Origin: Candidatus Bathyarchaeota archaeon
Lineage (GTDB): Archaea > Thermoproteota > Bathyarchaeia > TCS64
Length of the DNA: 64,000 bases
NCBI GenBank assembly: GCA_026014875.1
Contig: JAOZHO010000033.1
Location: 13,256-77,255, forward strand
Direction of reading: 5' to 3'
A model generated the notes under the pieces. That model made no database searches. It was not told the DNA's origin and saw nothing but the letters and a program-made list of their open reading frames with translations. A program made the position numbers and the translations under genes. Of the stretch, positions 56,760 to 64,000 are shown piece after piece (within the stretch, counting starts at the first letter, position 1; every line of letters begins with the position of its first letter).

Positions 56760-58925
56760 ATGGACAGATCCTGGCTGGGACGGGCCGAGATCGAGCCCGC
56801 CGGTGAGCTCATCGCGGGCTCCTTCGTCACCTTCACCCTGAGCTACCGCGTCGGCGAGTTCGGCATCGACGACGGGGGCTCCATCCGCATCGCGAGGAGG
56901 AGCGTGAGCGACTCCGAGGATTACCAGTTCGACGACCCCCTCGCCTCGGGGTACACCACGGTATCCACGGACAGAGACGTTAAACTGAGCTACGCGTGGA
57001 ACCGCAGGGGCCACATCCGCCCCTGGAGAGGGACCCTCCAGGTGAACGTCACCGACGGCTCCCTCTACCCCGGGGACACAGTCACCGTGGTGATGGGGGA
57101 CAGGAGCGGGGGCGGCCCCGGGTTCAGGCTCCAGACCTTCAGGGAGGTGGAGCATATCTTCAAGGTCCTCGTGGACTGCTTCGGGTCGGGCCGGTACGAG
57201 GAGATCGAGGGCTCCCCCGTCGTCACCCTCATCGGGGGACCCGCGGACGAGCTGACAATAGTAGCCCCCAGCGGTGCGGTGGTCGGGGAGCCCTTCCCCG
57301 TCCTCGTGCGAGCCATAGACAGCTGGGGGAATCGTTCCGACGGGTACAGCGATTCTGTCACTTTCGGAGCATCCGACCCCTTGGCGGAGGTCCCTGGAGG
57401 GTACACGTTCAAAGAGCCGGACAAGGGCGCAAAACGGCTCCAAGGCGTGGTCCTCAAGACCGTGGGGCTCCACACCATCACCGTCAAAGACGGGTCTGGG
57501 AGAGAAGCAACCTCCAGCACCATCATCGTCCGGGAGGAGAAACCCGAGCGCTCCCTCTTCTGGGGGGACTTCCACGGCCAGACCAAGGAGACCGTGGCCA
57601 CCGGCAGCCTCGACGAGTACTTCAGCTTCGCCCGGGACGTGGGCGGGGTCGACTTCGCGGCGTGGCAGGGGAACGACTTTCAGATCACCCGGGAGCTCTG
57701 GAACAGGGTCACCCGGAAGGTGAAGGAGTACCACGAACCCGGCAGGTTCGTCACCTTCCTCGGGTACGAGTGGTCGGGGCTCACCCCCGCCGGGGGAGAC
57801 CACAACGTCTACTTCCTCGGGGACGAGGGGGAGCTCCACAGGAGCAACCACTGGCTCATCGATGACAGGAGAGAGGAGCCCTCGGACCGCTACCCTGTCA
57901 CCAAGCTCTGGGAGACATTCAGGGGGCGCCGGGACGTCATCTCGGTGGCCCACATCGGGGGCCGCCACGCCAACCTCGACTTCCACGACCCCGAGCGGGT
58001 CCCCCTCATCGAGATCCACAGCCACCACGGCACCTTCGAATGGTTCCTCGAGGAGGCCATGAGCCGCGGCCTCAAGGTGGGATTCGTCGGGAACAGCGAC
58101 GACCACACCTGCCGCCCCGGCCTCACACTCACTTCGGACAGGTTCACCACCCGAGGCGGATACACTGGAATCTACGCCAAGGAGCTCACCCGGGAGGCGC
58201 TCTGGGAAGCCCTCTGGAGCAGGCGCTGCTACGCGACCACAGGAGAAAGGGTGATCCTCGACGTAAACGTGGACGGCCACGCGATGGGGGAGGAATACAA
58301 GGGGAAGAAGACCCCCAGAATCAAGGTGAAGATCCACGGCACCGCGCCCCTCCACGAGGTCGAGGTAAAACGGGGCACGGAGACAATCCACAGACACCCC
58401 TTCGCGGAAGCCGGGGACGGCGAGAAGTGCCTCATCAAGGTGGAGTGGAGCGGCGCCCGGGTCAGGAGCAGGCCTAAGAGGGTGGACTGGCATGGGGGGC
58501 TCCACATCGACAAGGGGCGCATCACCTCATTCCAGGAGTTCGCCTTCGACGACAAACGCCAGGGAGTGAGGCGTATCACCAACCAGAGGCTCAGATGGAC
58601 CTCCACCACAGGGGGGGACCCGGACGGAGTCCTCCTGGAGCTGAACGCCCCCAAGGACGCAGTGATCAGCTTCCACACGGGACCCGCCAGCTTCGAATTC
58701 AAACCATCGGAGATCGGCTACGAGCCCATGGTGGTCGAGGCGGGGGGCGTCAACCAGAGAGTGAAGGTCTCAGCCATCAAGGCAGAGGAGCTCCCGAAGG
58801 ACCTCGAGTTCGAGTTCATAGACGAGGCTCCCCAGCCCGGGGTGAACGCTTACTGGATCCGGGTGGTGCAGAGCGACGGGGTGATGGCTTGGAGCAGCCC
58901 CGTCTACCTCGACTACGGGCCCTGA
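56760..58925 (+). CDS. DUF3604 / PHP-like metal-dependent hydrolase
   Basis: WGDFHGQT, GYEW, DHNVY, EIHSHHG, GFVGNSDDH, RRCYATTG, AWSSP. Confidence 0.8.
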   Translation: MDRSWLGRAEIEPAGELIAGSFVTFTLSYRVGEFGIDDGGSIRIARRSVSDSEDYQFDDPLASGYTTVSTDRDVKLSYAWNRRGHIRPWRGTLQVNVTDGSLYPGDTVTVVMGDRSGGGPGFRLQTFREVEHIFKVLVDCFGSGRYEEIEGSPVVTLIGGPADELTIVAPSGAVVGEPFPVLVRAIDSWGNRSDGYSDSVTFGASDPLAEVPGGYTFKEPDKGAKRLQGVVLKTVGLHTITVKDGSGREATSSTIIVREEKPERSLFWGDFHGQTKETVATGSLDEYFSFARDVGGVDFAAWQGNDFQITRELWNRVTRKVKEYHEPGRFVTFLGYEWSGLTPAGGDHNVYFLGDEGELHRSNHWLIDDRREEPSDRYPVTKLWETFRGRRDVISVAHIGGRHANLDFHDPERVPLIEIHSHHGTFEWFLEEAMSRGLKVGFVGNSDDHTCRPGLTLTSDRFTTRGGYTGIYAKELTREALWEALWSRRCYATTGERVILDVNVDGHAMGEEYKGKKTPRIKVKIHGTAPLHEVEVKRGTETIHRHPFAEAGDGEKCLIKVEWSGARVRSRPKRVDWHGGLHIDKGRITSFQEFAFDDKRQGVRRITNQRLRWTSTTGGDPDGVLLELNAPKDAVISFHTGPASFEFKPSEIGYEPMVVEAGGVNQRVKVSAIKAEELPKDLEFEFIDEAPQPGVNAYWIRVVQSDGVMAWSSPVYLDYGP

Positions 58926-59744
58926 TCAGGGGAGGGCCTCGCCCAGGAGCTCCAGGTTCCGGGCGACGTCCCCGGTGTCGTACATCCCGATGTTCCAGGC
59001 GTCGATGAACGCGTGATGCCGGAGGGCCCACATTATCGCCTCGTCGGCCCGATCCACCAGCCTCCCGGCGTGGAGAAGCTTGATAACGTAGACCCCCTTC
59101 CCGGCGTCGTGGACCGCCCTGATCGCGTCGAGATGCTCCGCGAGGGAGCCGTCCTCCACGACCATACCCGTCAGGTTCAGTGTGGTGCAGACCACCTCCA
59201 CCTCCGGGACATCCACGGCCTGCCTCAGGATTCCGGTGCTGTGGGTGGTGAGTCCCACCGCCCGGACGAGCCCGCTCTCCTTGGCCTCGCACCAAGCCCT
59301 CAGGGCCCCCATCCTCCGCTCCAGGTTCCCCGACTCGTAGGGTTTCCCCGAGGTGTCCGTCCTGTGGACGGTTCTCAGGGGGACATTGTGGAGGAGGAGC
59401 AGGTCGACGTAATCGGTCCCCAGACTCTCCAGGGAAAACTCGACGGCCCTCTCACCCTCCTCGAAGGTGAGCGCGTTGGACTTATCCGCGACCACAACAT
59501 CCCCCCGGTCCACGAGGCCCAGCCCGACCCTGACGTGGGGGTGGGTCCCGTAGTCATCCGCGGTGTCCCAGAAGTTCACTCCCATACCCAGGGCGTCCCT
59601 CAGCACTCCTCCCCCCTGCACAGGGGTGAGATCCCCCTGGCTCTTCATACCGTCTGGCCCCTTCTCGATAGCGAAGGGCTCCGTCCCGTAGCACAGCCGG
59701 GAGACCACCAGATCGCTGCCCCCCAGCCTCACATTCTCTACCAT
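58926..59744 (-). CDS. Aldo/keto reductase
   Basis: LGGSDLVVSRLCYG, DTADDYG, SLESLGTDYVDLLLLH, GLVRAVG. Confidence 0.9.
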   Translation of the reverse strand: MVENVRLGGSDLVVSRLCYGTEPFAIEKGPDGMKSQGDLTPVQGGGVLRDALGMGVNFWDTADDYGTHPHVRVGLGLVDRGDVVVADKSNALTFEEGERAVEFSLESLGTDYVDLLLLHNVPLRTVHRTDTSGKPYESGNLERRMGALRAWCEAKESGLVRAVGLTTHSTGILRQAVDVPEVEVVCTTLNLTGMVVEDGSLAEHLDAIRAVHDAGKGVYVIKLLHAGRLVDRADEAIMWALRHHAFIDAWNIGMYDTGDVARNLELLGEALP

Positions 59745-59864
59745 CGCAGCACCTGGGGGGCTCCTGTCCTCTGGGGGATTTTAGTCTTGCCTCGGGGAGC
59801 CGGGTCATGGAAAGGCTCATTTAGGGGGTGGGTAGGCTGTGGAACTGTTCGGGAGTCGGACTGT

Positions 59865-60458
59865 TTGATCGAGAGAGCTTTGATAAGCGTTTACGATAAG
59901 AGCGGCCTCGAGGAGCTCGTGGCGGCTCTGGGGGGCATCGGAGTCGAGATCGTGAGCTCCGGGGGCACTGCGCGGAGGATCAGGGAGATGGGGTATAAGT
60001 GGCTCGTGGAGGTCTCCGATTACACGGGTCACCCTGAGAGCCCCGGGGGGCTAGTGAAGACCCTACACCCCAAGGTCCACGGGGGCCTACTCCTCGACAG
60101 GAACGATGAGGCCCACGCAGAGTGGATGAACGAGAACGGGGTGAAGCCCATAGACCTGGTGGTGAGCAACCTCTACCCCTTCGAGGAGGCGGTGGCGGGG
60201 GGAGCCGACCTGGAGACTGCGGCGGAGAACATCGACATCGGGGGGCCCTCCATGGTCCGTTCAGGGGCGAAGGCTGCCCTGCTGTACGACTCCGTCCTCA
60301 TAGTCACCGAGCCGGCCCAGTACCAAGAGGTCATCAGGGCCCTTAAGGAGAACGACGGGGACTTTACCACCGAGATGAGGAAACGATACGCTCTCAAAGC
60401 ATTCGGACGGACGAAGGAATACGACTCCGCTATAGTGAGCTATCTGGAGGAGAACTGA
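59865..60458 (+). CDS. purH: Stand-alone IMP cyclohydrolase (PurH N-terminal MGS-like half)
   Basis: ALISVYDK, SSGGTA, VKTLHPKVHGG, NLYPF, IDIGGPSM; TTG start. Confidence 0.88.
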   Translation: MIERALISVYDKSGLEELVAALGGIGVEIVSSGGTARRIREMGYKWLVEVSDYTGHPESPGGLVKTLHPKVHGGLLLDRNDEAHAEWMNENGVKPIDLVVSNLYPFEEAVAGGADLETAAENIDIGGPSMVRSGAKAALLYDSVLIVTEPAQYQEVIRALKENDGDFTTEMRKRYALKAFGRTKEYDSAIVSYLEEN

Positions 60459-60459
60459 A

Positions 60460-61539
60460 ATGTCCAAACCCAAGTCGCTGAGGAAGAGCTACAGGACGAG
60501 GCTAGAGGAGGGCTTCCCCGAGACCATGAAACTCGTCATCGGCGACGAGGAGATCGAGTACACCAAATCCATGAGCCTCAGATACGGGGAGAACCCCCAC
60601 CAGCCCGCCGCATTCTACAGCCCCAACCAGGGCTCCCTCACCACCGGGGCCATGGAAATACTGAAGACGGGGAAGGGGGGGCTCAGCCAGACCAACCTCG
60701 AGGACATCAACAACAGCATGAACATCGTCCGCTACTTCGAGGAGCCCGCCTGCGCCGTGATGAAGCACCTCAACCCCTCCGGCGTCGCCGCCTCCAGGGG
60801 TCCCGGGGACAGCCTCAGAGAGGTCTACGCCCGGGCCCGGGACAGCGACAGCCTCGCAGCCTTCGGGAGCGTAGTGGGGTTCAACACCGCCGTCGACCAG
60901 GGGACCGCAGAGGAGATCCTCGCGAGCTACGTCGAGGGGGTCGTGGCCCCCGCATACGATGATGAAGCGCTCGAGCTGTTCGAGGGGAAGAAAGACCTCA
61001 GGGTCATCCAGGTGGATAACCTCGGAGAGATGAGCCGGTTCACCGGGGAACCCCTGAGGCCCATCATGGTCTCGATGCAGATGGACGGCTCCATCGTCCT
61101 CTCCGCCCCTATGCTCACCAAGATCAGGGGCCCCGACGACCTCCGCGTCGTCACCGAGACCAGGCCCACGGACGAGCAGTTCGCCGACCTCATCTTCACA
61201 TGGTACGTCTGCATGAACGTCCGCAGCAACGGGGTCGTCCTCTCCAAGGGCAAGGCGACCCTCGGCGTCGGCACAGGCCAGCAGGACAGGGTCACCGCGG
61301 TTAAGCTGGCCCTGGAGAAGGCGGTTGCTAGGGGTCACAGCGATGAACTCCCCGGTTCAGTCCTCGCCTCCGACGGCTTCTTCCCCTTCAGTGACAGCAT
61401 CGACCTCCTCGCCGAGTACGGGGTGGCCGCATGCATCCAGCCAGGGGGCTCAATACGGGACAAGTCTGTCAGGGAGGCCTGCGACGAGTACGGTATCGCG
61501 ATGGCCTTCACCGACGAGCGCTGCTTCAGGCATTTCTAG
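60460..61539 (+). CDS. purH: Stand-alone AICAR transformylase (PurH C-terminal half)
   Basis: LRYGENPHQ, KHLNP, AFGSVV, RSN, ASDGFFPF.D, IQPGGSIRD, RCFRH. Confidence 0.9.
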   Translation: MSKPKSLRKSYRTRLEEGFPETMKLVIGDEEIEYTKSMSLRYGENPHQPAAFYSPNQGSLTTGAMEILKTGKGGLSQTNLEDINNSMNIVRYFEEPACAVMKHLNPSGVAASRGPGDSLREVYARARDSDSLAAFGSVVGFNTAVDQGTAEEILASYVEGVVAPAYDDEALELFEGKKDLRVIQVDNLGEMSRFTGEPLRPIMVSMQMDGSIVLSAPMLTKIRGPDDLRVVTETRPTDEQFADLIFTWYVCMNVRSNGVVLSKGKATLGVGTGQQDRVTAVKLALEKAVARGHSDELPGSVLASDGFFPFSDSIDLLAEYGVAACIQPGGSIRDKSVREACDEYGIAMAFTDERCFRHF

Positions 61540-61610
61540 CCGCCCCTCTCCCCTTCTTTTCTCGTTCAAAACCGTTAAATCCAGAGGGATTCCCGTTTCA
61601 AGTATCCGAA

Positions 61611-61970
61611 ATGGTTGAATCCAATATCTCGTTCTGCGGCATCGACTGCAGCTCATGCCCCGCATACCTCGCTACCCAGGCAAACGACGCCGAAAAACTC
61701 GCGGAGGTCGCGAAAGGTTGGTCCAGCGAGGAGTTCCCCCTGGGACCCGACGATGTCCTATGCGACGGCTGCCACGCCGAGAGGGTCGCCAAGTTCACCC
61801 CGGAGTGCATCACGAGGCAGTGCGGCCTCGAGAAGGGGGTCGCGAACTGCGCCGAGTGCGAAGAGTACGTCTGCGATAAGCTGGAGAAGCAGTGGGGGAT
61901 GCTCGGGAAGGAGGCCCGGGCCTCGAGCAAGGCCACCCTAGATAAGCTGTTCCTGAATCATGAGGTATAG
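61611..61970 (+). CDS. DUF3795 Cys-rich protein
   Basis: CGIDCSSCP, CDGC, CITRQC...NCAEC.EYVC. Confidence 0.85.
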   Translation: MVESNISFCGIDCSSCPAYLATQANDAEKLAEVAKGWSSEEFPLGPDDVLCDGCHAERVAKFTPECITRQCGLEKGVANCAECEEYVCDKLEKQWGMLGKEARASSKATLDKLFLNHEV

Positions 61971-61980
61971 GAGCCCTACC

Positions 61981-63342
61981 TCAGGCGGGCTCCCGCCACA
62001 GGGGCGAGGTTGAGCAGTGGGGGCCCCCCAGCAGGTCGAGGTAGCTGTCCGGCCACTCCTTCACCGCTATCCCGTGCTCCCTCAGGGCCTCGTTCGTGGC
62101 GTGGTTCCTCTCGTAAGCGATGACCAAGCCAGATTTGACGGTGACGATGTTCGAGGCCCCCCGCGCCTGCTCCATAAGGGCGAGCATCAGATGCTCCACA
62201 TCATTCTCCTTCTCGGGGCGTCCGCCAACGTAGATTATCCCGTCGGGCTCAAGCTTTCCCTCCCTGACCATGTAGTCTATCAGGCTCGTCTCCCGCCCCA
62301 CCAGCTCGGGGCCGCTCTTCCCCTTGGCGTAGACGGCGCAGCTCCCCGCGTCCTCGAAGTCGCGGGGGTGAACCACGGGCTCCATGGGCCTGTCGTCGGC
62401 CTCGCTCCCCGCCCTCGCAGCCTCCAGGGTCTTGAGGAGCAGCCCCCGCGGGGGCATGTCCGGGACGAGTTCGCTCTCGAAGAAGTAGGGCATCACCAGG
62501 GCCCTTCCACCGGCGGGGTAGTTAATGACCACGTCGAGGTGCATGTAGTCGGAGGCGGGGTAGTCGGGCAATTTTACCGCCAGTACGTGCCTCAACACCC
62601 CGTCGCCATCCGCCTCGAAGAGCCTCCTCGCGGTCTCCATGAACCCCGTGAACGTGGACCTCTGGCCTAGGCCTATCGCGACGGTCTCCTCGTCCACGAT
62701 GTGGGTGTCCCCGCCCTCGATGCACTGGGGCTCCGTGAATCCCGGGTCCTCCCCGTTGGCGTCCCAGATCACCTCCGTCTTCTCCCCGAGCACCGGATCG
62801 AGCTCGTAGCAGAGCTTCACGACCCTAGGCTCGAAGCGGCGGCTGTACCGCCTCATGTTGCAGATGACTGTGCCCACCTGGGTGGTGAAGCTGGTGTCCC
62901 GGGGGTAGGGCCAGCCCACCCTCTGGAAGTCGGGGAGCACAACCCTGTCAGCCTCCTCGTCGTAGTAGGCCCTGGAGGGGTACCCCCACAGGAGATGCTC
63001 GACCGTGAGCTCCCCGGGCTCAGGGGCGACGGGCATCCCCGCCCAGACTGCCTCAACCATCTCCCGCCTCTCCCCCTCTGTGGCGCCTTCAAGGGCCTTC
63101 TCAAGTATTGAGACCACTTCGAAGACCCGGACCCCCTCCTCCTCCAGGAACCGGGGGAGCATCCTCCACTGCTCCCGGCCCCCGTCGATGTCGGCGTGGG
63201 GGCAACGGGCCAGGTAATTGCTGTTCGACTCGATCCCGACGAAGGGGAGCTTCCCCTCCCAGAACTGCTCGATAGACTCCTGCACCAGAACGGCCCGGAG
63301 GGGCCCCGCCTCGGATCTGACGGTCCACATATACGGATCCAA
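61981..63342 (-). CDS. Arginine deiminase / amidinotransferase superfamily protein
   Basis: VRSEAGPL, PRD, IEGGD, MHLD, GGPHCST (catalytic Cys). Confidence 0.85.
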   Translation of the reverse strand: MDPYMWTVRSEAGPLRAVLVQESIEQFWEGKLPFVGIESNSNYLARCPHADIDGGREQWRMLPRFLEEEGVRVFEVVSILEKALEGATEGERREMVEAVWAGMPVAPEPGELTVEHLLWGYPSRAYYDEEADRVVLPDFQRVGWPYPRDTSFTTQVGTVICNMRRYSRRFEPRVVKLCYELDPVLGEKTEVIWDANGEDPGFTEPQCIEGGDTHIVDEETVAIGLGQRSTFTGFMETARRLFEADGDGVLRHVLAVKLPDYPASDYMHLDVVINYPAGGRALVMPYFFESELVPDMPPRGLLLKTLEAARAGSEADDRPMEPVVHPRDFEDAGSCAVYAKGKSGPELVGRETSLIDYMVREGKLEPDGIIYVGGRPEKENDVEHLMLALMEQARGASNIVTVKSGLVIAYERNHATNEALREHGIAVKEWPDSYLDLLGGPHCSTSPLWREPA

Positions 63343-63580
63343 GGGCTCCAGGGCCTTATCAAATTTGATAGGTTAATAAGATCAGGTATAATTGAAAACA
63401 GATCTAGAACTTGTGAAAGGTCCTGAATTATGACTCGTTTTCTTAAAATAAGGGGATATAGTTAGCCCGGTAATGCACAGAACGTTAAAATCCGGTGGGC
63501 GCCCTTAACGCATCGAGGGCACGAAACACAGCCACTGGGCCAATAAGAGATAAAACGCCTGAGGGGGATTATCTGGACGG

Positions 63581-64000
63581 ATGAAGGGTTATCAGAAGCT
63601 GGCTATGTTCCTAGCTGTGCTCCTCTTCTCCGTGGGGCTCATGTCGGTCGCCATCGATATCCTCGGCGACCTTTCCGAGGTCGAGTTCAGCACCGGGACC
63701 AAACTCGTCGCCGGGGTCGAGACGGGCACCAAAAAGGGCGAGGAGGAGTTGCGGAAGACCCAGGCCGTGCAGGTGGAGGGAGCATCCGCCAGCGAAGAGA
63801 GGGTGCTCTTAGAGATTGTTAATTCTCCGGGAACCCGATATCTGAGGACCACCGTCGGGGCGGGATACGAGAATGGAACATGGGCGCCCGTCGAGGCGGG
63901 GGGATGGACGCCCTACGATGGTGGGGAGCTGGAGCCCGAGCCCAGGGGCGCGGCGTTCGAGCAGCGATTCTACTTCACCGTGAGACCCATCGGGATGCTG
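63581..64000 (+). CDS. Membrane-anchored protein, N-terminal part (resembles transglutaminase-like TgpA N-regions; runs off the window)
   Basis: Open frame MKGYQKLAMFLAVLLFSVGL...TRYLRTTVGAGYENGTW to the window end. Confidence 0.6.
   Translation, partial: MKGYQKLAMFLAVLLFSVGLMSVAIDILGDLSEVEFSTGTKLVAGVETGTKKGEEELRKTQAVQVEGASASEERVLLEIVNSPGTRYLRTTVGAGYENGTWAPVEAGGWTPYDGGELEPEPRGAAFEQRFYFTVRPIGML

Noticed and set aside
56691-58505. Long antisense or alternate-frame ORFs (also 15247-16695, 22008-23396, 47790-48905, 24889-25920)
   Set aside because: They overlap well-supported genes and have the stop-poor, skewed composition expected in GC-rich DNA.
59013-59864. Apparent fusion upstream of the IMP cyclohydrolase
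   Set aside because: Antisense to the aldo/keto reductase; the real start is TTG 59865.

Overview
GC-rich archaeal chromosome segment; Alba, Pth2, a geranylgeranyl reductase, an archaeal AspRS, tRNA-Ile2(CAT) and LipS1/LipS2 fit Bathyarchaeia, but the lineage is an inference. Most of it is housekeeping and metabolism: nrdD/nrdG, slyD, aspS, thiL, gcvPA/PB, guaB, a split purH, four tRNAs and an Hhe-like DUF4011 helicase beside tRNA-Asn. The standout is a 12.3 kb integrase-free accessory array directly downstream of tRNA-Thr(CGT), about 26139-38424. It is punctuated by four clear and one degenerate direct-repeat copy of the tRNA 3' end. Three copies share a colinear 25-nt arm whose substitutions look protein-coding on the minus strand (RAGFQLE[VI]EK[HY]L*). 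Inside the array, genes with their own promoters are delimited by (GC)n runs such as GCGCGCG. One module is a paralog of a chromosomal methyltransferase, and its similarity stops at the (GC)n junction. Together this suggests a possibly undescribed tRNA-anchored gene-cassette capture system. All calls come from reading motifs by eye; no searches were run.
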